In this document: piece after piece, positions 56,985 through 64,000 of the stretch
Position numbering within the stretch: position 1 is the stretch's first letter
Layout of the letters: each line of letters begins with the position of its first letter
Assembly: GCA_963770835.1 (NCBI GenBank)
Contig: CAVYRH010000005.1
Span: 32,001-96,000, forward strand
Origin: an uncultured Pseudomonadota bacterium
GTDB lineage: Bacteria > Oederibacteriota > Muellerivitia > Muellerivitales > Muellerivitaceae
Reading direction: 5' to 3'
Length of the DNA: 64,000 nucleotides
Program-made: the position numbers and the translations under genes
The notes under the pieces: model-generated
What the model was told of the DNA's origin: nothing
What the model saw: only the letters and a program-made list of their open reading frames with translations
Databases searched by the model: none

Positions 56985-58267
56985 CCTCCAACCCTCCGCG
57001 CCACATCCTCATCTTCGAGGCCTATACCGACGCCAATATCGGTTCGGGAGCGCTGGTGGAAAACACCGTCAAGCTCCTCAAGGCCAAGTATCCGGGTTGT
57101 GAAATCAAGATCATGGCCCATTACCCGGAGGCCTTCCATTACGAGGGCGTTGAATCCGTACCCGACGCTTATGACTACCCTTATCTTCAATCCCGGTTCT
57201 ACCAGATTTTCTGGCTGGCTGGGACCCTGACCTGGCTTACCTTCGCCTTCCTGCAGGCCTTCCTTTTTAAGTCCAATCCTTTCCTTTTCTTCAAGAGAAA
57301 GACCAAATATTTCCAGTGGGCGGACCTAGCCCTGAGCGTGGGGGCCGAGCGCCTCAATGACAAGTTCGTTAACATCCAGTTCTTTTCCGCTTTGAGCCTG
57401 CTGCTCCTGAAAGCGATGGGGAAGAAGGTGGTTTTTTTTCCCTCCACCATCGGCCCTTTCTTCTACGCACCAACCCGCGCCCTTTCCTCCCGGGCGCTGA
57501 AGGGGTTGGACCTGGTCTATACCCGCGACCGGCAATCCACCCAGACCTGCTTGGACGTCCTCAAGCTCGACCCGGCCAAGGTTATTGAGACCTCGGACGT
57601 TGCGGTTTTGCAGGAGCAAGAAGGTGAGGAGAAGTCTTGGGAACTACTTTCCTCTTTCCGTGGGAAACCCCTGGCACTTGGGACTCCCGTAGTGGGAATG
57701 AGCGCGCTCAAGTGGACCTATCGGGCGAACAAAGTTGAGACGGCTTACAGCAACTACGAATCCTACCTGAGGGAAATGGCCAAAATGGCCGATGGGGTCG
57801 TGGAGCGCACCGGCGCCCAGATCGCCTTTTTTCCCACCAATTACCACGTGCACGGATGCCGGGAAGACGACGTGGCGGTCTGCCGGGAAGTGATGGAAAA
57901 GATGGAGCGGAAGGAATCGGCCTTCGTCATTGACCGGCTGACCAGCCCCTCTGAGTTCAAGGGGCTCCTAGCCTGTTCGCGGGTGAACATTGTCACGCGC
58001 ATGCACGCCTGCATCCTTTCCACGGGAGCGGGTATTCCCACCCTTTCAGTTAACTACCTCTTCAAGCTCAAGGAATACATGGAGTCCCTGGGCCTTGCCG
58101 AATTCGCGGTAGACATCGAGGAATTCCACGCCGAAGCCCTGATTGCCCCCTTCGAGAAGATGTGGAAGGAAAGGGACCACTGGGCCGGGCAGATCCGAAA
58201 GGCCATTGATTTGAAAAAAGAGTCCCTTGCCCAGGCCCTTGCGCGGATGGATTCGTTCCTACAATAA
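56981..58267 (+). CDS. Polysaccharide pyruvyl transferase family protein
   Basis: ANIGS, STIGPF, YTRD..S, TRMHACI, GIPT. Confidence 0.88.
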   Translation: MTSNPPRHILIFEAYTDANIGSGALVENTVKLLKAKYPGCEIKIMAHYPEAFHYEGVESVPDAYDYPYLQSRFYQIFWLAGTLTWLTFAFLQAFLFKSNPFLFFKRKTKYFQWADLALSVGAERLNDKFVNIQFFSALSLLLLKAMGKKVVFFPSTIGPFFYAPTRALSSRALKGLDLVYTRDRQSTQTCLDVLKLDPAKVIETSDVAVLQEQEGEEKSWELLSSFRGKPLALGTPVVGMSALKWTYRANKVETAYSNYESYLREMAKMADGVVERTGAQIAFFPTNYHVHGCREDDVAVCREVMEKMERKESAFVIDRLTSPSEFKGLLACSRVNIVTRMHACILSTGAGIPTLSVNYLFKLKEYMESLGLAEFAVDIEEFHAEALIAPFEKMWKERDHWAGQIRKAIDLKKESLAQALARMDSFLQ

Positions 58268-58440
58268 CGTCCTGAAAATGATCACGGACCGGTTCTCCTG
58301 AGTAATGCGTGTTCTTTTTAACCCGCCTCTAACCTGGAACTCCCCCAATTTATTTGATTCCAAGGCAGGTTCCGGTTAAAACAGTGCACCTTGACCCGAC
58401 CCTTAAGCCCACCGGTCAACCCGGCTGCAGGAAAAGACAA

Positions 58441-59559
58441 ATGAAGATCGCGCATGTCATCTTAAAAACCCTCCCATTTGGCGGTGGCATCGAGAAATAC
58501 ATCGATGAGATAGGGCCCCGTTTGGTGAAGATGGGCCATGAGGTTGTGGTTTACACCATGCGCCATTACGGGACGCCCCCGGCGGACTATAAAGGCATGC
58601 ACATCAAGACCCTCTCCGCCCTCCCCACCAAAACCGGCGAAAAAATCACTTCCTCCCTCCTGGCGACCTTGGACGTATGCCTCAAGGAGAGGCCCGACGT
58701 GGGGCATTTCCATTCCTTCACCCAGCAGGCCACTTTCCTGCCAAAGTGGTTCGGCATCCCGGTCCTAGTCCAGGGCCACGGGTTGGAATGGAAAAGGTCC
58801 CGGTGGAGCCCGGCGGGGAAGGCCTTCCTTAAATTCAGCGAGTGGATCATGGTGCATTCGGCCGACCGCTTGAGTGTGGTCTCCCGGGTCCAGCAGGCCT
58901 ACCTGAAGGAAAAATACGGGAAAGAAAGCGTCTATATCCCGACCGGCATCAATCCTCCGAACTGCCAGGAGCCCTCCGAAATCACCCGCTTGTGGGGCTT
59001 GAAGGGAAAGGACTATTTCCTCTCCGCCGGGCGGCTGGTCCCGGAAAAGGGCCTCCATACGCTGATTGAGGCCTACCAGGGTTTGGGAAAGACGGATATA
59101 AAGCTCGTCATCGCGGGAGACGCCGGTCACGAAAAGAAATACTTTGAGCGACTCCGGGCCCTCTCCCAGGGGAACTCCCAAATCCTTTTCACCGGTTACG
59201 TGACAGGCCAGCCCTACGCGGAACTCATGTCCAACGCCTATGCCTTCGTGCTGCCCTCGGAACTGGAAGGCCTGCCCACGGTACTGTTGGAGGCTATGAG
59301 CTACGGCAACTGCTGCCTGGCCAGCGATATCGCCGAAAACCTGGAGGCCCTGGGGGGGAAGGGGCGGACTTTCAGAGTGGGGGAAGCGGAGGACTTGAAG
59401 GAAAAGCTGGGGGAACTTGCGGGCAACTTTTCGGAAGTGGATCGACTGAGGGCCCTGGCGCCCAAGGGGCTCCTGGAATCCTTCCATTGGGATAAAATCG
59501 CCGGGCAGTTCAACCATCTTTACTCGGAAATGGCCCAGGGAAAGAAGCCGGCGGTATGA
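58441..59559 (+). CDS. Glycosyltransferase family 4
   Basis: GGIEKY, HGLEWKR, GRLVPEKG, PSELEGLPTVLLEAMSYG. Confidence 0.93.
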   Translation: MKIAHVILKTLPFGGGIEKYIDEIGPRLVKMGHEVVVYTMRHYGTPPADYKGMHIKTLSALPTKTGEKITSSLLATLDVCLKERPDVGHFHSFTQQATFLPKWFGIPVLVQGHGLEWKRSRWSPAGKAFLKFSEWIMVHSADRLSVVSRVQQAYLKEKYGKESVYIPTGINPPNCQEPSEITRLWGLKGKDYFLSAGRLVPEKGLHTLIEAYQGLGKTDIKLVIAGDAGHEKKYFERLRALSQGNSQILFTGYVTGQPYAELMSNAYAFVLPSELEGLPTVLLEAMSYGNCCLASDIAENLEALGGKGRTFRVGEAEDLKEKLGELAGNFSEVDRLRALAPKGLLESFHWDKIAGQFNHLYSEMAQGKKPAV

Positions 59560-60767
59560 GAATCCTCTACGCAAACAAATATTATTACCTAAAGGGCGGC
59601 TGCGAACGGGTGCTTTTCACCGAGATGGAGCTGATGAAATCCCGGGGGCATGAAGTCGCTATTTTTGCATCGCAGCACCCCCAGAACCAGCCTTCGGAAT
59701 TCGCTGAGCACTTCTCAGAGGAAGAGAACTACTTCAAGGCCTCCCTGGCCCACAAAGCCAAGGCCGCGGTCAAGATCATCTATTCCATGGAAACCCTCCG
59801 CAAGTTCGGCGAGGTCATCGACGCCTTCAAGCCCGACCTCATCCACGCCCACAACGTTTATGCCCAGCTTTCCACCGCGGTGCTGGACGCGGCCAAGAAA
59901 AAGGGTGTGCCGACGGTCCTGACAGCCCACGACTACAAACTGGTCTGCCCTTCCTACATGATGCTAGACCACGGGAAGATCTGCGAGAAATGCATCGACG
60001 GGAATTACCTGCATTGCTTCCTGACGGGCTGTCACAAGGAAAACCGCGTGGCCTCGGCTGTCTATACGGCGGAGAGCTACTTCAACGCCTGGCTCGGGAA
60101 ATACGACTCGGTTAAAAAGTTCATCTGTCCCAGCGCCTTCATCCAGTCCAAGCTCTCCCACCGGTTCGTCGAAGGCCGGTTGACGGTCTTGAACAACCCG
60201 GCGGACCTTACCGCCTACCAGCCGAAATTCGAGGACGGCGGCTATTACCTTTTTACCGGGCGCCTGTCGAAGGAAAAGGGGGTTTTTACCCTCATAACGG
60301 CCTTCAAGGACCTGGGGCTTCCACTCAAGATTGCGGGTACCGGCCCCCTCGAGGCGGAATGCCGCAAGATGGCCGAGGGTACCGCGAATATCCAGCTGAT
60401 GGGTTACCAGACAGGCAAGAACCTGGAAGCCCTCTACCAGGGCGCCCGCGCCTGCGTGGTGCCTTCCGAATGGTACGAGAACGCGCCCCTGGCGGTCATT
60501 GAGCCCTTGGGCTACGCCAAGCCGGTCGTTGCGGCCCGGATCGGGGGTATTCCCGAACTGATGCGGGACGGGGAAAGTGGATACCTCTTTACCCCCTTTG
60601 ACCCAGAGGATCTCAAGGCTAAGGTGAAACTGATGCAGGGGCTTTCCCCCTCCGATTACGCCACCCTTTGCCGCAAGGCCCGCGAGTGGGCCGTGAACCA
60701 GTTTTCCCTGGAGCGGCATTATGACGGCCTGATGAAAATTTATCAGGAAGCCCTGGTGACGAAATGA
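59556..60767 (+). CDS. Glycosyltransferase family 4
   Basis: GGCERV, HAHNVY, HDYKLVCP, GRLSKEKG, PSEWYENAP, IGGIPEL. Confidence 0.93.
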   Translation: MRILYANKYYYLKGGCERVLFTEMELMKSRGHEVAIFASQHPQNQPSEFAEHFSEEENYFKASLAHKAKAAVKIIYSMETLRKFGEVIDAFKPDLIHAHNVYAQLSTAVLDAAKKKGVPTVLTAHDYKLVCPSYMMLDHGKICEKCIDGNYLHCFLTGCHKENRVASAVYTAESYFNAWLGKYDSVKKFICPSAFIQSKLSHRFVEGRLTVLNNPADLTAYQPKFEDGGYYLFTGRLSKEKGVFTLITAFKDLGLPLKIAGTGPLEAECRKMAEGTANIQLMGYQTGKNLEALYQGARACVVPSEWYENAPLAVIEPLGYAKPVVAARIGGIPELMRDGESGYLFTPFDPEDLKAKVKLMQGLSPSDYATLCRKAREWAVNQFSLERHYDGLMKIYQEALVTK

Positions 60768-62830
60768 ACTTGCGAAAAACATTCCAATCTTTCGGGTTTG
60801 TCCTTTTGGCCATTCCGCCGGCCTGGGCCGGTAACTCCTCCTGGCAGGCAGTGCCCATGGTGACAGGCGAGAGCCTTAAAAGCGGAAACCGGGGAGGGGA
60901 GGGCTGCCAGACGATTCAGAATTTCGCAATCGATTCCACGGGGACTTTCCTCATGATGGCCACCAATGTGGGGGGCCTTTACCGCAGTTTGAATGGGGGG
61001 GCTACCTGGGAGCCTGCCAACATCGGTTTTTCACCCCGGGGCGGCGCGGCCCTGGCCATTGATCCCAACAATTCCCGGCGGGTGATTGCGGTGGGGGCTA
61101 ATTCGGGACGGTCACCCGTGAACGGCCTGTGGCTTTCCACAGACCAGGCTTCCTCCTGGAAGCCGGTTCTTTCGCAAGACACCAAGGCCGCCGAAACCTA
61201 CCACGACTCGGTGGCTTTCGACGCCTCCAGCAGGAAGAAGGGGCCAGGCGGCTCCTATAGCGCCATGGCCTATTGGGTGGCTTATTCGGACGCAGGGGGA
61301 GGCCTTTGGAAATCCGCCGACGGGGGGAAAACCTGGCGGAAGTTTCAATCCCAGTTCGCGGACGGCATCGTGAAGGTGAGCCCGGCGGACGGAACGGTGT
61401 ATGTGGCCACAGCCAAGGGTTTTTTCCGGAGCAACGACCACGGGGAAAGCTTCGCGCAGGTACTGGAGGGGCCGGTCCTGGGACTGGACGTCATCGCCAC
61501 CCGACCCCAAAACGTTTATCTCAACAAACCCGACGGAGCCTACGTTTCCACCGATTCGGGCAAGACATTCGATTCCACCGGAAACGCGGGCCTTCCCACC
61601 ACCGACCAACCTGGCCTCAAGAACCTCAAGGTAAGCCCGGCCAACCCTGACCACATGTTGATCAACGACGACCAGGGAACTTATTACAAGCAGGGTCATT
61701 ATTATTCCGCCGACGGCGGCAAGACTTGGTCGGCCTGCAAGTTGGACGACTCCCTTAGCTTCATTCCCACCAACGACCGGCCCTGGCTTTTCATTTGGAG
61801 TCCGATAAAGACGGATTTGGCCTGGTCCTGCGGCGGGGGCTATGTGACCCAAACCACCGATGGAGGTGCCCGTTTCGCCTGGGCCAACAACGGCTTCAAC
61901 GGCCTGACCTGCGCGGGGCACTTTAATTTCACCCCCCAGAATCCGGGCCTTCTTCTCCTGACCAGCCAGGACACTAATTCCACCTTCACCGAAAATATCG
62001 GCGCGAGCCCCGTGACATGGCAATACCTCAAGGTTTCGGGCAAGGGCTGGGGTGGGTTCAATTACGGGGGCTATGCCCTCGGCACCGACGTGATGTTCGC
62101 TGGCAATTCTTCAGACTGGGACGGTCCCGCCACCCTCATGGTTTCCACCAACGGGGGAAGCAGCTGGAAAGACACGGGCCTGGTGGGCGACTCCACCGAG
62201 ACGGCTTGTGGGGATCCGGCCGACCCTTCGGTGGCTTTTTGGGACCAATACCGCACTGCGGACGGTGGCAAAACCTGGCAGGCCATGCCGGACTGTGACG
62301 GGGTCTTCACTTATAACTTCAGCCCCAAGGGCGGCCACGAACTCTACGGTGCCAGGGGCACAGCGATTGTAAAGTCCTCGGACCATGGCGTTACTTGGAA
62401 ACCGGTGTTTCGAATGGAAGAGAAGGTTATGGACTTAGCCTATGATTGGAAGAACCGGAAGATATATATCGCCACGGGATCGCTCTACCAGTACGACACG
62501 GCCTCAGGTGGCGTGAGAAACCTGTCCTTTCGGTTGGGACGTGATAACGAGGGCAACCAAAAAGCGATTTCGGTGGCGGTGGATCCCGTCAACCCGAACG
62601 TGGTTTACGCCGCCTGGCATGGAGATCACTACCTGAGCAGCCAAAGCGTAAGGCGTTCCTTGGACGGGGGAGAGACCTGGAAAACCCTCACACCTCAACC
62701 GGGGGATAGGGGATTGGACGGAGGCCTAGAATCCCATTGCGTGAGGGTGCATCCGATAACGAGGTGGCTTTACTCGGCGGGAAGTTGTTTTGGACTTTGG
62801 CGCTACCCTCCCCCATCCGCAGACAAATAA
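60764..62830 (+). CDS. Secreted BNR/Asp-box repeat beta-propeller protein (GH74/YCF48-like)
   Basis: Signal peptide; about 10 SxDGGxTW repeats. Confidence 0.82.
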   Translation: MNLRKTFQSFGFVLLAIPPAWAGNSSWQAVPMVTGESLKSGNRGGEGCQTIQNFAIDSTGTFLMMATNVGGLYRSLNGGATWEPANIGFSPRGGAALAIDPNNSRRVIAVGANSGRSPVNGLWLSTDQASSWKPVLSQDTKAAETYHDSVAFDASSRKKGPGGSYSAMAYWVAYSDAGGGLWKSADGGKTWRKFQSQFADGIVKVSPADGTVYVATAKGFFRSNDHGESFAQVLEGPVLGLDVIATRPQNVYLNKPDGAYVSTDSGKTFDSTGNAGLPTTDQPGLKNLKVSPANPDHMLINDDQGTYYKQGHYYSADGGKTWSACKLDDSLSFIPTNDRPWLFIWSPIKTDLAWSCGGGYVTQTTDGGARFAWANNGFNGLTCAGHFNFTPQNPGLLLLTSQDTNSTFTENIGASPVTWQYLKVSGKGWGGFNYGGYALGTDVMFAGNSSDWDGPATLMVSTNGGSSWKDTGLVGDSTETACGDPADPSVAFWDQYRTADGGKTWQAMPDCDGVFTYNFSPKGGHELYGARGTAIVKSSDHGVTWKPVFRMEEKVMDLAYDWKNRKIYIATGSLYQYDTASGGVRNLSFRLGRDNEGNQKAISVAVDPVNPNVVYAAWHGDHYLSSQSVRRSLDGGETWKTLTPQPGDRGLDGGLESHCVRVHPITRWLYSAGSCFGLWRYPPPSADK

Positions 62831-62868
62831 TCAGGCCCTGAGTCAAGGCATTAGATTTTTACAGGGGT

Positions 62869-63666
62869 TTATTTGATTCCGATGATTTTAACGCCCAAGA
62901 GGATCCGGACCGGTGGGAACCGGCCGAATGCCTTGGCCAGCGGATGGGGGAGCTTTTCCAAGACCAATTCCAATAAAAGAGCCAGGGCCAGGGGAAAGGG
63001 GACAAACAGGCCGTAACCTACCAGCAATTTGACTTTGGAAAATCCCACTTTCAAGAATAAATCCCTTAATTCATGGACCGTATATTCCTTCAAGTGGAAG
63101 CCGGTGGCAACGTCGTCAAACCGCCTTGAGATGTCGTGGGGGCCCGACAGGCGGCTAGGGGTTACGCACAGGTAGGCTCCACCCTTTTTTAGGACCCGCA
63201 GGATGCTTTTCAGTTGTTCCAGGGCGTCCTCGGGATGGATATGCTCCATCAATTGATTGCTATAAACGACGTCCACGCTTTCGTCCTCGAGGGGTATGCT
63301 GGAACCGTCCGAGATGATGACTTTGATCCCTGATTCATCTTCGATCTTTTTGGTAATTTCGTTGGAGACGTCCAAGGCATAAGCTTTTTTTACCGAGGGG
63401 ACGACCCGCCGAAGCAATTTCCCCTCGCCAGGTCCGACTTCGAGGAAGGTTTTATCCCTGGAAAGGAACCGTCTTACCAGGTTCTCCTGGTTCCGGGAAT
63501 TGTCCTTCTGCCCGGTGATGATATAGGGGAATTTCTTAAAAAGTTCGTCGTAAAGGCTTGTGTAAAGACCCTTTCTTTCTTCTTTGGGAGCTTGCCGTAA
63601 CTTTTGGGCGAGCACCTTTTCGAATTCGTAATGGCTCCTAATCTCTTCTGGACTTACCTTTGACAT
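62869..63666 (-). CDS. Class I SAM-dependent methyltransferase
   Basis: LEVGPGEG, ALDVS, DVVYSNQLMEHI, RVLKKGG. Confidence 0.9.
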   Translation of the reverse strand: MSKVSPEEIRSHYEFEKVLAQKLRQAPKEERKGLYTSLYDELFKKFPYIITGQKDNSRNQENLVRRFLSRDKTFLEVGPGEGKLLRRVVPSVKKAYALDVSNEITKKIEDESGIKVIISDGSSIPLEDESVDVVYSNQLMEHIHPEDALEQLKSILRVLKKGGAYLCVTPSRLSGPHDISRRFDDVATGFHLKEYTVHELRDLFLKVGFSKVKLLVGYGLFVPFPLALALLLELVLEKLPHPLAKAFGRFPPVRILLGVKIIGIK

Positions 63667-64000
63667 GACAACTCCTCATTGGGGTAACTGGCGCTCAACC
63701 TGTCACTGAGAACACTTTTAGGGAAGATTAAAGCTCTTTTGCAGGCCCAAAATAAGGCTGCCCATTGTTTCCGTCAAGCTTGCCACGCAAGGCTTTGACG
63801 GAAAGCAAACGGGTTGGTTACGTCAATTTGATCTTCGAGCCGTCCATGGCGGGTTTGGCCCACGTTTTCCTCAAAACTCTCGGTATTTGTGTTCGATTTT
63901 CAATTTTTTTGCGGTAACTTTGATCCGCGGATTGAAACCCGCCCTTGATCCTCAAACCGAATGGTATTTCCGAAAATTTAAAAATGGAATCCGAATAAAA

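Noticed and set aside
63667..64000. Possible att site or RNA gene at the window end
   Set aside because: No tRNA 3'-end repeat or recognisable structure; likely a promoter region.

Overview
Bacterial genomic DNA, almost all coding on the + strand, in three blocks. (1) Positions 1-43005 hold a large flagellar cluster from a diderm bacterium (flgA/flgH/flgI present) with Firmicute/spirochaete-like gene content: 'fliF-fliG-fliH-fliI-fliJ-motA-motB-fliL-fliM-fliY-fliO-fliP-fliQ-fliR-flhB-flhA-flhF-flhG-PilZ-orf-fliA-fapA-orf-FliK-like-FlhB-like switch-[two PorV-like barrel fusions]-flgF-flgG-flgA-flgH-flgI-flgJ-yvyF-like-flgM-flgN-flgK-fliK-flgD-TIGR02530-flgE-[Kelch-like lipoprotein]-flbD. No che, flgL, fliC or fliD genes are present in the window. 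(2) Positions 43018-47471 hold an IS1595-family remnant, a Thr/Pro-stalk secreted protein with a FlgD-Ig/T9SS-like C-terminal domain, two PorV/PorQ-like barrels and tRNA-Phe. (3) Positions 47969-63666 hold a Wzx/Wzy-type pyruvylated exopolysaccharide or capsule locus and a convergent methyltransferase. The most notable observations are: a shared, covarying hairpin element in the leaders of flgG and flgE, with the adjacent TIGR02530 protein as a candidate binder; PorV-like outer-membrane barrels embedded in the flagellar operon and paired with a CTD-bearing cargo, suggesting a T9SS-like module; variant sigma28 promoters in front of the hook genes; degenerate CheY-interaction motifs in FliM and FliY; and strong Lys/Arg depletion of the extracellular flagellar proteins. 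All calls come from reading motifs and gene order; no database searches were run.
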